Counted from the stretch's first letter, positions 49,474-60,819 are shown. The stretch: DNA of 64,000 nucleotides from Nitrospirota bacterium (GCA_963845065.1 CAWJQQ010000009.1:864001-928000); one strand, 5' to 3'. Made by a program: numbers and translations. Notes: generated by a model from the sequence alone, not told the origin.

Positions 49474-50610
49474 CTATCCTCTAAAAATGTCGAATGGCTC
49501 TATCTTGAGTACTTTTCTAATACCGATATAACTTGACATACCTGCAATGATCACGACCATGATAAAGGCGAAACCGAGATTTCCGTACGTTACTCTGGCT
49601 GCGTAGCTTGGCAGCCTGAGTCTTGCGATCGTGATCAGGATGGACGCGAGGCCGATACCTAGGCCGTAGCTGGTAAGAGCCGTAAATGTCGCTTGGAATA
49701 GGATCATAAAGACCAGTTCCCTCGCCTTTGCTCCAATCGCTTTTAAAGCACCGAATCTCTCCAGATTTTCCAGGATAAAGGTGTAAAAAGTCTGGCCTGA
49801 AATGGATAAGCCCACGATGAAACTTATTACCGTCATGATGAGTGTATTGGTGCCGAGACCGGTCCGGTATTTATAAAAATTGGAAGTCTTAGCGATAAAC
49901 TCCTCTTTCGTCAGCGCCAGGTATCCAAGCTGAGTTACCTGTTTCTTGATATACGGGACTGCGTCGCTGCTCTTCGGATCAACTAGAACAAATGCGGAGG
50001 TAAATCTCATGGACGGTATATAGGTGATGGCCCTATTATACGTGGTGTAGAGGGTCGGCACTCCAAACAAGCTGCCGGTAGTGACTTTTGCAATACCGAC
50101 AATAACTCCCCGGTGGTCGTTTAACTCAAATTCGGTGCCTACCCGGGGATTACCGAGCTTGGGAAACTCCGAATCTTTAACGACAAGAAAAGCATTTTCT
50201 GCATAGATATCATTGATATCCCCCTCGAGTAGTGCAGGCCTGCCATACAGGCTGTCGTCGTCAAGCCCGAGGACCGTCACAGATTGATAAACGCCACCGC
50301 GCAGCTTTACAAGAGCCCCACCGGAATATAGTGGTACTGCGTATTTGACGCCACTAATGCTCCGTACCGCGTCCAATATATAAGCCGGCATTGGGATGAC
50401 GTTCTGCGGGGTATTGACCGCCGGATCCATCACCCAGATCTTGGCGCCTATGTTTAGCACCACGGCAGATGCGCGGTGTAGGATGCCGGAAAACATCGCG
50501 GTCATCATGACCATCAAAAATACAGCAAAGGTTATACCAACGAGCAAAGCGGCGAATTTACCCTTGTCATTCACTAACAGCTTAAACGCGATTTTGAGGA
50601 TCCCTTTCAC
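49474..50610 (-). CDS. ABC exporter permease (FtsX/DevC-like)
   Basis: GITFAVFLM, periplasmic core, FGALKAIGA, three C-terminal TMs. Confidence 0.9.
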   Translation of the reverse strand: MKGILKIAFKLLVNDKGKFAALLVGITFAVFLMVMMTAMFSGILHRASAVVLNIGAKIWVMDPAVNTPQNVIPMPAYILDAVRSISGVKYAVPLYSGGALVKLRGGVYQSVTVLGLDDDSLYGRPALLEGDINDIYAENAFLVVKDSEFPKLGNPRVGTEFELNDHRGVIVGIAKVTTGSLFGVPTLYTTYNRAITYIPSMRFTSAFVLVDPKSSDAVPYIKKQVTQLGYLALTKEEFIAKTSNFYKYRTGLGTNTLIMTVISFIVGLSISGQTFYTFILENLERFGALKAIGAKARELVFMILFQATFTALTSYGLGIGLASILITIARLRLPSYAARVTYGNLGFAFIMVVIIAGMSSYIGIRKVLKIEPFDIFRG

Positions 50611-52267
50611 TGATGTTCTCCATAACTCGAGGAACGGCGACGTCAGCGGAGGCGAACGGTTTGTTAGTGCTCCAGATCCTTACAGCAGTGTTTCATTGTA
50701 GAAGCTCTTATCTGAAAAGTAGCCAGAATACGACAGCCTCTTGTTATGTCTGAAGCTCACAAAGTATCGGTTTAGATCACAACATCTTCATGTTTTCAGT
50801 GAAAAGACTCTCACAAAAACATTATAGCACACACTTTCCAGTTCACCGATTAAAACTGGAGGCGTGACTCATTTTTTGTATTCTTTGATCGTAAAGCTGG
50901 TGTGTTTGTCCTGATAAATCACCACTCACGTGATATCTTCTAGTAATTCAAAACAATATATTGATCGTTATCGATAAATTGAAAGCAATTAATATAATGC
51001 TACTTAATGCAAGGCGACAGTGAAAACTCGGAGAGAGAAAAAAAATATATCACAGAGTTTGATTTTCATTGCTGTAATTTATGACACAAAAGCTTCGAAA
51101 AAGTTTAATCAGGCATTCTTTTAAGGCCAACAAACTTTTACCGCAAGTTGATCAACAACTTGTGAAGGTCTGCAAAGCGCGGAATCCAAGCTTTGGGCAG
51201 TTGGAAGCACCGACATCGGAAGTTGGCGATTAACCATCGTGATAAACTTGCCGTACATCGTGGCTGGGCAGGCCATTCCGTCGCAAGCGCCCTCGGACCA
51301 GGCAGGCGTTCGAACATTGTTTTCATTCGTGCCGACGATCTTGCTTTGAGCAAGGAGATGAAATACAGCTGAAGCGTTTTGCGATCGTAATTTTGGTGTT
51401 TGTCGCGCCTATGAGCCGGAATTGGTTTCTCGGTCGCAGTCCGCAAGACCCGTTATGCCCGACACCTACGTGTTAAAGCCATCTCATGAAGCAACCACCA
51501 GCTTCCAGTGCTATCGTAATGTATAGCAATGACGATAGCGTTCCTAACGAGATTTCGTTTAAGGATGGTCTTCCGGATCTGATACACTGTCCCGGGAAGA
51601 CATATAGAACGTTTTATAGTACGTGTAGGTTAGGACATCTGTATGACTATATATATAATAAAGCAGGTTATACGACGAAGAGCGCCGGTGCAAAAGTGGG
51701 TCTCGTGCCGGGTTCGGGCGTATTCCTGTCTATTCCAGATTGAAATGAACATTGATTCAACCCGTCCTACACCCAAATATCTAGATTATTATACAGCCGT
51801 CCATTTAGTTAGCGCTGTAGCATGGTAGTAGGTTATATACAGCAGAGTGCATGGATATTTTTTGAAGGACCATTTGCGACGCCATGCAAAGAGATCACTC
51901 AGGTGAATAAAGTACTCAAAAAAAAGAGCAGGCTGCCTCGCAGCTGCTTATCAACTGACGCGCTAATTTTCGCAAAATACTTGGCCGGTTTTCTCTGACA
52001 CGTACTTACATGCCGGTGACCGACTCTGCATCCAGTATTTATCCGGTGAAATACGTAATGCCGTTATATAGCACTTCGCCCGGTTCGCCTGAACTGAAGC
52101 CCCCCGAACTTGAACCTTCCACTACGTTAGCTTTCCGAGAAGCCTCAGAATGATCGGAATGGGAGAGAGTGCATTAGGTATGCAAAATGGGACATCTCTG
52201 AAGCGCTTCGAATTGGATTCGCGCAGCGCATACTTGACCGGATCCTTCATCACATCTAGAAAGTTAC

Positions 52268-53954
52268 CAACCTCTCCGCAGAAAGCCACTGGTTTTAACC
52301 ATGGGGATGAATGCGGGAACTTTGTTTTTCGGCAATTAATAGCCAAATGTACATCTATGTGGTATATTTGAGCAACCAATGCCTCGTAAACGTAAACCTA
52401 AAACCCCATCTTTTGTACACGAGTTCCAACTCGTAGTGACTCCAAAGGATAATCGAACGCTAGATGTCCGGCTCGAAGCTGGCCGTTATCTGTACAATGC
52501 CTGTCTTGGTGAAGCGATGAAGCGTCTTGCCGCCATGCGTCGATCCCCAAAATGGCTCGTGGCGGTCACGAAGAAGAAAAGCAAGCTTCGCACCAAGATG
52601 TTTAAGACAGCCAGAAACAAGGCTGAATATACCGAATACCACATTCACAACTACGTCGGTATCCTACGTAACTCCTGCTGGATCGGAGACCATATTGACA
52701 GCCTGGCCGCCCAAAAGATAGCGACCAGGTCGTTTAATGCCGTTGCTGACTACGAGCTCGGGAAGCATGGGAAACCACGGTTCAAGCGTCGTGGCTGGAT
52801 GTCTTCGCTCGAAGGTAAAAACAACAAGTCTGGTATTCGGTGGTGCGATGACCATGTTGAATGGTCTGGACTTAGCCTTACCTGTGTCTTCGACAAAAAA
52901 GACAAGTTTGGCGTTCAGGCACATGCGCTTAGCCATGATGTTAAATATGTTCGTTTGGTGAAGAAAACCATCTGCGGTAACGCCTGCTGGTTCGCCCAAC
53001 TCGTGCTTAAAGGCACGGCCAGGATCAAGCGTGAGAACCAGATCGGCACTGAAACGGTCGGCCTTGATATTGGTCCCTCCACGGGTGCTATCGTTAGCGA
53101 TACCGATGCGTTGCTCGTAGCATTTTGTCCGGAAGTCGAGATTCCGTACAAACAAATCCGCGTGGTTCAGCGTAAGATGGCCAGAAGCCTGAGGGCTGCC
53201 AACCCGGACAACCACAACGAAGACGGTACGGCTAAGACTGGTGCCGGCAAGGGTAAAAAGCGGTGGATATTCTCTGCTAAATACCGTGCGCTTAAGGCTG
53301 AACTAGCCGAGCTACAGCGAGTTTTGGCTGAAACCAGAAAACGGGCTCATGGCAAGTTAGCCAATGAAATTCTTAAGCTCGGAACCAACATAAAGACCGA
53401 GAAACTGTCGTACAGAGCATTCCAGAAACTCTATGGTAAAAGTATTTCAAGACGCGCTCCGGGGATGTTTATTTCGATGCTTCGCCGCAAAGCCGAAAAC
53501 GCTGGCGGTAAAGTAACTGAATTTTCTACCCGGAGCACGAAGCTTTCCCAGACATGCCACTGCGGGGAAGTAGCCAAAAAACCGCTATCCCAAAGATGGC
53601 ATGACTGTAACTGCGGGGTAAACGCTCAACGCGATCTCTACTCCGCATATCTTGCAAAATATGTTTTTGAAAATGTCCTCGACACGCGTCAAGCCGCAGC
53701 AGCTTGGCCGGGTGCAAACCTGCTCCTGGAACGGGCGGTGTTGAGGGTGCAGTTTGAAGCGGCAAATGGCCGGATTCATCCGGCCAGCTTCGGTATTAAC
53801 AACATGAGAGCCAACACCACGAACCGGAGACAGAGTTGCTTGCCCGTTAAAAACGGATCAACGATAGTCGATGCCGGCAACCTCTGTATTGTTGCCGGAA
53901 AGCCTGTCGGTATTGCCGTTAGAACCCCCTGTCTTTAGACATGGGGTAGGTCAG
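52268..53954 (+). mobile_element. IS200/IS605-family TnpB-only (IS1341-like) element
   Basis: TTAC upstream, left hairpin within ccgca...tgcgg, right hairpin cccctgtc-ttta-gacatgggg, ends TCAG; no tnpA. Confidence 0.9.
52379..53938 (+). CDS. tnpB: RNA-guided endonuclease TnpB, 519 aa
   Basis: RuvC residues GLDIG, TEKL and QRDLYSA; Zn finger CHCG...CNCG. Confidence 0.92.
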   Translation: MPRKRKPKTPSFVHEFQLVVTPKDNRTLDVRLEAGRYLYNACLGEAMKRLAAMRRSPKWLVAVTKKKSKLRTKMFKTARNKAEYTEYHIHNYVGILRNSCWIGDHIDSLAAQKIATRSFNAVADYELGKHGKPRFKRRGWMSSLEGKNNKSGIRWCDDHVEWSGLSLTCVFDKKDKFGVQAHALSHDVKYVRLVKKTICGNACWFAQLVLKGTARIKRENQIGTETVGLDIGPSTGAIVSDTDALLVAFCPEVEIPYKQIRVVQRKMARSLRAANPDNHNEDGTAKTGAGKGKKRWIFSAKYRALKAELAELQRVLAETRKRAHGKLANEILKLGTNIKTEKLSYRAFQKLYGKSISRRAPGMFISMLRRKAENAGGKVTEFSTRSTKLSQTCHCGEVAKKPLSQRWHDCNCGVNAQRDLYSAYLAKYVFENVLDTRQAAAAWPGANLLLERAVLRVQFEAANGRIHPASFGINNMRANTTNRRQSCLPVKNGSTIVDAGNLCIVAGKPVGIAVRTPCL

Positions 53955-54001
53955 GGAAAGGATTGAGGAGTTTAATGAAAAGTGGCTTCTATCAATTCTT
54001 A

Positions 54002-54331
54002 TCACGTGAGGCTAAATCCCGCTTTTTTCCATCCTTCAACACCGCCGGCCAAAACCTTTACATTCGAATATCCCTTATCCATATATTCCGCTGCCCGACC
54101 GGCAGCGCTCGCCTCTTTAGGTCAGCCACAATAAAAGATGATTTCCTGATCCTTGGACAAGGCGGGAAGACGAGTCTTGAACTCCTGCAGCGAAATAGCG
54201 TCCTGCAGATGCATTCCCCTGAACTTATCCTCGTTCTCGTATGCGCATACGAGAATGGCTTCTCCCGATGTTACTTTTGTGTGAGTCTCTTCTGCAGGAA
54301 TTCGTATTGGCTCGGACATGGTGTTCTCCAT
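54002..54331 (-). CDS. Cytoplasmic rhodanese-domain selenoprotein (Sec at TGA 54122-24)
   Basis: Readthrough gives FYCG-U-PKEASAAG...VLAGGVEGWKKAGFSLT; hairpin cgctgcc-ggtcg-ggcagcg 14 nt after UGA; start may be 54319. Confidence 0.88.
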
Positions 54332-54621
54332 TCTCTAGATGGTTTTATTTTTAATTATAACACGGATTGAGAGTTCTCTTGTAGCCTGCTATTTGACGCC
54401 TCTTCTTTTATGGGCTATAAAGCTGGCGTCGTATTTAGGAAAAATTTTCCGGAAAGTCCTAAAGAAGGAAAATGTTGCCGCATTGTTGCTTATGAGACTT
54501 CTGAGATTGTTTTTTATAGGCCTGTTTTTTTTGATTTCTAAGAATGATGTGTTTTTAATGTATCTGGTATATAAATTGCTTACTTAGTGTTAACGTTTTT
54601 AAATGTTAATAAGAAAAGGAG

Positions 54622-55017
54622 GTGAACATTGTGTCAATACAGTCTGTAAGTAATACTGCTAATAATCCGTATTTAAGCACTCTCAACACTGACTTTCAAA
54701 ATCTTCAGAACGACATTCAGTCTTACGAGAACGCCCAGAGTTCAGGAACTTCAGGAAGTTCTACCCAGGTCACTCTTTCCCAACAGGCATTGAAACAAGC
54801 AATGTCACAAGTCCAGAATGATCTTGCCAGTCTCACACAGCAGGCGCAGGGTACGCAGGGCATTCAGGGCCATCATCATCACCACCACTATCACGGGATG
54901 GATTCCACTGACAGCGGCGGAAGCACGGGCGCAGCAACCGGCCTCTCTGCGGCCGCAAGTAACAGCTATGGCTCGCAGACTAAAAACAGCGTAAGCTCGA
55001 TTAACCTTACTGCATAA
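54622..55017 (+). CDS. Low-complexity S/Q/T-rich protein with a His run
   Basis: SD AAGGAGG, GHHHHHHYH, terminator downstream. Confidence 0.7.
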   Translation: MNIVSIQSVSNTANNPYLSTLNTDFQNLQNDIQSYENAQSSGTSGSSTQVTLSQQALKQAMSQVQNDLASLTQQAQGTQGIQGHHHHHHYHGMDSTDSGGSTGAATGLSAAASNSYGSQTKNSVSSINLTA

Positions 55018-55042
55018 TTTGCTCATGATATGAAGCGAGAGA

Positions 55043-55073
55043 GGAGGGGCTTCCCCGGCCCCTCCGTATTTTT
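55043..55073 (+). terminator. Rho-independent terminator
   Basis: ggaggggc-ttccccg-gcccctcc then gtattttt. Confidence 0.7.
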
Positions 55074-55258
55074 GTATGCTTTTGGTCCAACCTCTGCCAT
55101 CTGTTATCTTCTGCACGGTAATTTACCCGTCTTTATCTGAAGCAGCAATTAAACCTTTTCTGAAATCCCGTGTCTTTGCCATATGCGATGATCAAATGCG
55201 GTAAAAGCAGTGTTGTATCGGAATAATAAGTAACCATTCAAGTGAGGAGAAAAATAAG

Positions 55259-55810
55259 ATGAAGAATTGGAAGGAATCGCGAAAGTATGGTCTTTTATTC
55301 AGTGTTGCCCTGGTGTGCTTGACATTGTTGGCTGCAGTGCAGGTTTCAGCATTTGACGGGCAGAAACCTGATGGTAGGGAACCAGGCCATCCTTGCTGTT
55401 GTGATCGGGCGGCATCATGCCATGGGGCTGGTGGGTGGCAGGGGGAAATGCGCCATCATAAGCTGCACCGAATTTTGATGGCTTTTAAGAAGCTCGATCT
55501 CACAGAAGGCCAAAAATCTGAGATTCATGAGATCTGGATATCCATGAAGAAGGACATGATAAGGAAACGCGCAGACCTCAAAATCGCACAAATGGAACTC
55601 CACGGCCAGCTCCATCAGGATATGGTGGATATGCATGCAGTCGAATTGCAGGTAAAAAAGATCGAGGGTTTAAAGACCGATATGAAGCTTAATGCCATAA
55701 AGTCGTGGGAAGAAATTAAATCTAAGTTGACGCCTGACCAGCGGAAACACTTGGCTGATCTCATACGAGATTCACGGAAATGTCATGATCAACGTCACCA
55801 TGAGGGGTAA
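55259..55810 (+). CDS. Spy/CpxP/ZraP-like periplasmic protein
   Basis: Signal peptide; LDLTEGQ and LTPDQR (LTxxQ) motifs. Confidence 0.85.
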   Translation: MKNWKESRKYGLLFSVALVCLTLLAAVQVSAFDGQKPDGREPGHPCCCDRAASCHGAGGWQGEMRHHKLHRILMAFKKLDLTEGQKSEIHEIWISMKKDMIRKRADLKIAQMELHGQLHQDMVDMHAVELQVKKIEGLKTDMKLNAIKSWEEIKSKLTPDQRKHLADLIRDSRKCHDQRHHEG

Positions 55811-56044
55811 GCAGGCATTGATCAAGGTCCGGGGCAGGCGGCTGTAGAGTGCACTGGGCTCAGCTCTTGTACCTGAATAGTAATGCAAAAAATCATGTCA
55901 AACTGCTTATTGATCTCCTTTCGTCCCATTGTCGCAAGTTTATTTTGCTACAATAAGAGTATGCGACCGCAATAGGCATTGCAATCATACGTATGGAGTG
56001 GAAGCGCATCATATTCATCAAGGGGCAAGTCAGGAGATAAATTT

Positions 56045-57055
56045 ATGGCGTTGATGAAAGCAGTGCAGGTGAACTCCCCGGGAGGCAAGTTTGAGCTGGT
56101 ACGCAAAGAGGTTCCGGAACCGAAAGAAAACGAAGTCCTGATTAAAGTTGCGGCTTGCGGCATCTGTCATGGAGATTCTGTAACAAAGGAAGGACATTTT
56201 CCCGGGATTGTCTATCCGAGGATCCCAGGGCATGAAGTGGTCGGAGTTATCGAAAAGGCAGGCCCAAGAGTCCTGAAGTGGAAACCAGGCCAAAGGGTCG
56301 GTGTAGGTTGGCATGCAGGGCATTGTTATCACTGTGACGCTTGTCGGAAGGGTGATTTTCGATCGTGTGAGAGTTTTTTGATCACCGGTATTTCAACGGA
56401 CGGAGGCTATGCGGAATACATGACGGCCCGTTCCGAGGCGTTGGTCGGCATACCGGAAGAGCTTGATTCCGTGGATGCTGCGCCGCTTCTTTGCGCAGGC
56501 CGCACCACATTTGGCGCTTTAAAAGACAGCATTGCACAAGGCGGTGATTTGGTTGCCGTACATGGTCTCGGAGGACTGGGCCATCTGGCGGTGCAATATG
56601 CGGTCAAACTCGGCTTAAAAACTGTCGTGTTGTCCCGGGGCCTAGAAAAGGAAAAGCTGGCACATAAGCTTGGGGCCCACACCTACCTTGATACCACGTC
56701 CACTGACGTTGTAAAGGAATTAAATAAGATGGGCGGAGCCCGAGTCATACTCTGTACCGCTCCAAACAGTAAGACCATCTCTGATTTAGCGGGTGGTCTC
56801 AGACGGAATGGTCAGCTCATAATCATCACTTTTGCGCCGGAGCCTATACAGATCTCTCCAGCTGTTCTTCTAAGAGGCGGTCGTTCCATCTGTGGCTACG
56901 TGGGCGGAGATATCGAAGAGGCAGTACAGTTCAGCGTCCTCTGGAAGGTTGTCCCTATGGTCGAAATATTTCGGCTTGAAGAGGCAAAGGCGGCCTATGA
57001 AAAAATGATGTCGTCGAAAGTGCACTTCCGGGCGGTTTTAAAAATGAGCAACTAG
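56045..57055 (+). CDS. Zn-dependent alcohol dehydrogenase
   Basis: CGICH, GHE, CYHCDAC...C, GLGGLG. Confidence 0.95.
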   Translation: MALMKAVQVNSPGGKFELVRKEVPEPKENEVLIKVAACGICHGDSVTKEGHFPGIVYPRIPGHEVVGVIEKAGPRVLKWKPGQRVGVGWHAGHCYHCDACRKGDFRSCESFLITGISTDGGYAEYMTARSEALVGIPEELDSVDAAPLLCAGRTTFGALKDSIAQGGDLVAVHGLGGLGHLAVQYAVKLGLKTVVLSRGLEKEKLAHKLGAHTYLDTTSTDVVKELNKMGGARVILCTAPNSKTISDLAGGLRRNGQLIIITFAPEPIQISPAVLLRGGRSICGYVGGDIEEAVQFSVLWKVVPMVEIFRLEEAKAAYEKMMSSKVHFRAVLKMSN

Positions 57056-57073
57056 CAGAAAGGAGAGAACGAC

Positions 57074-57793
57074 ATGGAGGAACTTTTGCAGCTCATTCAG
57101 ACACGGCAATCAACGAGGGGGTTTTTTGATCCTGGGCGCGCAATAGACAAAAAGGACCTCCAAAATATTCTGGAAGCAGGACGATGGGCTCCAACGGCTC
57201 ATAACATGCAAAATTTTGAAATTATCGTCGTGGATGATAGAAAACTTCTGGAAAGTATTGCGAATTTAAAATATCCAACGTCCCTTACTTTTGTAAGAGA
57301 GAATTACCAGCAATTGTCTTTTTCGGAAGATGAATTGCGAAGAAAAAAAGTAGGTATTCTCGGCACCGTGTTTCCCCCTTCCTGGAGAAAGCCGAATGTT
57401 AAACCGGAAGACATTACAGAAATCGAGGAAAATCCATTCACAAAAAAAGCAATTCAATCAAGCGCTGTATTGCTTCTTGTACTCTATGACCCGAGGAGAA
57501 GGGCGCCTGCTTCGGAGGGGGATTTTCTGGGGATCATGAGCTTAGGTTGCGTCATGGAAAACATGTGGCTCGTAGCTAATTCACAGGGGATTAGCTGCCA
57601 TGTGGTCAGCTCCCTCAGCGCTGGTTCCGTACAAAAGGACTTGAGGAGTCTGCTCAGTATACCGGAGCATCTGATGCTTGCGTTTTCTCTGCGTTTGGGA
57701 TATCCGGTATCGAAGAGTGAATATCTCAGGGTACGCCGCGATATAAATGACTATACTTATAGCAACCAATATGGGAAAAGAAGTTTCGAATGA
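57074..57793 (+). CDS. Nitroreductase family protein
   Basis: RQSTR, WAPTAHNMQ, ENMWL, LGYP. Confidence 0.9.
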   Translation: MEELLQLIQTRQSTRGFFDPGRAIDKKDLQNILEAGRWAPTAHNMQNFEIIVVDDRKLLESIANLKYPTSLTFVRENYQQLSFSEDELRRKKVGILGTVFPPSWRKPNVKPEDITEIEENPFTKKAIQSSAVLLLVLYDPRRRAPASEGDFLGIMSLGCVMENMWLVANSQGISCHVVSSLSAGSVQKDLRSLLSIPEHLMLAFSLRLGYPVSKSEYLRVRRDINDYTYSNQYGKRSFE

Positions 57794-58041
57794 AAAGAAT
57801 GGAATCGCACAAGTGGATTTAGACAATCTGATGACGCCCTCCCTCCGATAAAGCATGTGGGGTTACCTGCGCCATTCTGAGTTTGCTAGGAAGTAAAATG
57901 TTGTATCTCTGGGCCTCAACACTGTAGTGCCCGCAGAAGTAGCGACTGTATATCTGTTCCTCTGACGATGATGGCGTTTTCCTTCTTCTGAACCTACAGA
58001 GTTACAACCCGAATCCAGCGTTACTTATATTTGGGCCTCAC

Positions 58042-58785
58042 ATGGTTAAGAGTACCATAGTAAGTTTATTTTTTCTCCTGATTTACGTGAATACATCTTG
58101 GGCTGGGCCTCCGTTCCGCACTGACGACCCAGAGCCTGTTGATTATAAGCATGGAGAATTTTACATAGCCACGCAGTACGAAAAAGACAAGGATGTAACA
58201 TATGGCACCGCTCCGCATATTGAGCTGAACTATGGAGTAGTACCTAATGTGATGGTCCACTTGATCGCTCCCTATGCGTTCAATGAGCCGGAGGGTGTTT
58301 CAACTAAACGCGGGTATGGAGACACGGAGGTTGGAATCAAATATCGTTTCGTTAACTGTGAGGATGAACACTTTATGGTAGGAACATTTCCTCTCGTAGA
58401 ACTGCCTACCGGTGATAGTGATCAGGGGTTGGGAGCGGGACATACCACGTATTTCGTTCCCCTTTGGATTCAGAAGAGCTGGGAGCCATGGGAATCCTAT
58501 GGCGGCGGAGGCTTCTGGCGAAACCGCGGTGCCGGGAACAAAGACTATTGGTTTTTTGGCTGGGAACTGCAACGCGCAATAACCACAATGCTGACACTTG
58601 GTGCCGAATTGTTCAACCAAACCAAGACAACGGAAGATGGAATAACTCGAACGGGGTTCACTCTGGGAGCAATTGTTAATTTAACAGAATATCACCATCT
58701 GCTCTTTTCTGGTGGACGTGATATCCATGGTGAAAGTAGCTTCTCGGCTTACCTTGCATACCAGTACACATTTGGACATCATTAG
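58042..58785 (+). CDS. Outer-membrane beta-barrel / transporter-like protein
   Basis: Signal peptide, GPPFRTDDPEP, GDTEVGIKYRF, LPTGD, terminal YQYTF. Confidence 0.75.
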   Translation: MVKSTIVSLFFLLIYVNTSWAGPPFRTDDPEPVDYKHGEFYIATQYEKDKDVTYGTAPHIELNYGVVPNVMVHLIAPYAFNEPEGVSTKRGYGDTEVGIKYRFVNCEDEHFMVGTFPLVELPTGDSDQGLGAGHTTYFVPLWIQKSWEPWESYGGGGFWRNRGAGNKDYWFFGWELQRAITTMLTLGAELFNQTKTTEDGITRTGFTLGAIVNLTEYHHLLFSGGRDIHGESSFSAYLAYQYTFGHH

Positions 58786-58917
58786 GAGAAAAAGTAAAAG
58801 AAAATCATCCGCAACGTCGAATCCCTGCTGGACAGAAAAATTGTCACGTCTGTCGCAAATTAACGATTCGATTATGGAAATTAACAATTACGGGTGAAAA
58901 GCTGGCACAATATAACT

Positions 58918-59328
58918 ATGAGCTGGAAAATCACAAATATGCAAACACGCCTTAAGTTTATCAGCGCCCTTATTCTTCTGGTCGGCTTGGGAAGTGCCAT
59001 CTTGATTTATCTGACTGCTGAAAATGATTCAGGCAACACTTTGGGATATGAAGTAGTGGGCGGAAGTGCGTATCCTAGTGCTCCTGAAAATTCTAAGATG
59101 TATGAACATGATTTGGAACTCTATGGTGGTAAGGCGGCTGTACTTACGAATGAGTTCAGGTATTGGTTTGTCGGGTTATGGCACGGAAGATCGCTTGCAT
59201 TCACAATTGTCTGCATTTCCTTTTTTATCTCTTTGGGAGTTTTCTTTGCTGGTACTCATTTACCATCCGGCTTAAAATCTGATGCCCGAGGTGAAAACAA
59301 TCGAAACGGAAAATATTTTAAACCATAA
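58918..59328 (+). CDS. Hypothetical two-TM protein
   Basis: Two hydrophobic helices around SKMYEHDLELYGGK; start uncertain. Confidence 0.65.
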   Translation: MSWKITNMQTRLKFISALILLVGLGSAILIYLTAENDSGNTLGYEVVGGSAYPSAPENSKMYEHDLELYGGKAAVLTNEFRYWFVGLWHGRSLAFTIVCISFFISLGVFFAGTHLPSGLKSDARGENNRNGKYFKP

Positions 59329-59465
59329 CCCTATGAAGTGGCGAATAAAGACAGAAAAATGTCGCGTCGGATTTTATCTCAATGCGCCGTAAGACCCCGG
59401 CCGTAGGCCGGGGATATAAGGCGCTGGTTGTGGAGAAAACAAAGAATTGCTATTTTCACGATACA

Positions 59466-59494
59466 TTGACAGTTGTTCACCTTCCTGATATAAT
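59466..59494 (+). promoter_or_regulatory. Consensus sigma70 promoter inside the element
   Basis: TTGACA-N17-TATAAT with extended -10 TG. Confidence 0.85.
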
Positions 59495-59501
59495 TGCGTT
59501 C

Positions 59502-60819
59502 ATGTCTGATTCAGCCCAAGATTCCTCTGTACAAACCATGACTGTCGTTGGTAAAGCATTGGTATCGGACGACAGCACCGCTCTATCGCTCGGGCTGCTT
59601 GGTTTTTCCGCAACGAAACTTTGGAACACCGCGGTATGGCATACCAGAAAAGTCTGGGCGGGCACAGGGAAAATCCCTACCTACCCCGGAGCTTGATATC
59701 GCTCTTAAACAAGAGCATCCGCTCTGGTATCGCCGGCTGCACTCCCAGAGCTCTCAGACAATCCTGGAAGAGCTTCGGCAGTCCTATCAATCATGGTTTG
59801 CACTCCGTAAGAAAGGAGATAAGAAAGCCAACCCCCCTGGTTTCAGACGAAAAACTGATCTGTCAACGGTGGCATTCAAACAAAGAGCCGTCACGTGGAA
59901 TGAGCGTACCTCCACGGTGCGCCTCAGCATCCCGAAGGACATCTACGGAAAACAATTTCTCTTTCTGAAGCTCCGCATTCCTAACGGCACCCATCTTACC
60001 GAGGACAATGTCCAGATAGGACATGATAAAGGCATGTGGTTTGTCCACCTGGTCTATACGATAACGCTCCCCGTATTGAAAGGAGAAGGGGAAACGATGG
60101 CAGCCGATCTTGGTATGAAGGATATGGCTGCCACAGCATGCACGGATGGAAGCACCTCCCTTTGGTCAGGTGGTGAGTTGGCCGCTCTCGAGCGGTACTT
60201 TGAAATGCAAAAGTCAAAGACGACCAACAGCAAGTCCCGGAAATCAGGTGCGTTGAACCAGAAACGGTCTCGTCAGCGTTCCCACCTGCTCCACAGCTTT
60301 ACCAAATCTCTTGTCCGCGATGCAGAAGCTCGCGGTGTCTCCACGATCATCGTGGGGGACCTGAAGGACATCAGAGAAGGCAAAGATTGGGAAAAGAGCG
60401 GAAACCAGCAGTTCCATAAATGGCCGTTTGACCGGATCGTCAGGATGCTTACGTACAAAGCCAGACTCAAAGGCATCCGCGTTGTAGAAGAACAGGAGCA
60501 CTACACGAGCCAGACCTGCTGTGTATGCAACACAAGGGATAAGGCCAGCCGTGTGCATCGTGGCCTCTACATTTGCAAGCATTGCGGCGCCGTAATCCAT
60601 GCTGACGTGAACGGAGCAATCAACATTCTTAAAAAGTATCTCCCGGAACACAAAGGTGTCTCCTGGAGTAGTGGCTGTTTGGCACAGCCTTCGGTCAACC
60701 GGTTCGCCTGGAGAAATACCAGGCCAGCAGCATCAGCCCATGAACCGGGGACGTGGCAAACATCTCTGCCGCATCCGAAAACAGAATCAGCATTGGCTCT
60801 CAGTAGTATGAGAGCCTGA
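59502..60819 (+). pseudogene. tnpB: TnpB with a frameshift near 59685
   Basis: KLWNTA...GKIPTYP in one frame, ELDIAL...ADLG...CCVC...CKHC...HADVNGA in the next; one extra base in the TACCCCGG run. Confidence 0.85.

Noticed and set aside
50700..52260. Long gene-poor stretch with short ORFs
   Set aside because: No recognisable motifs, RNA structure or repeats; probably decayed sequence
52379..53938. 519-aa RuvC protein as a Cas12f effector
   Set aside because: Bounded by IS200/IS605 end hairpins with no adjacent array
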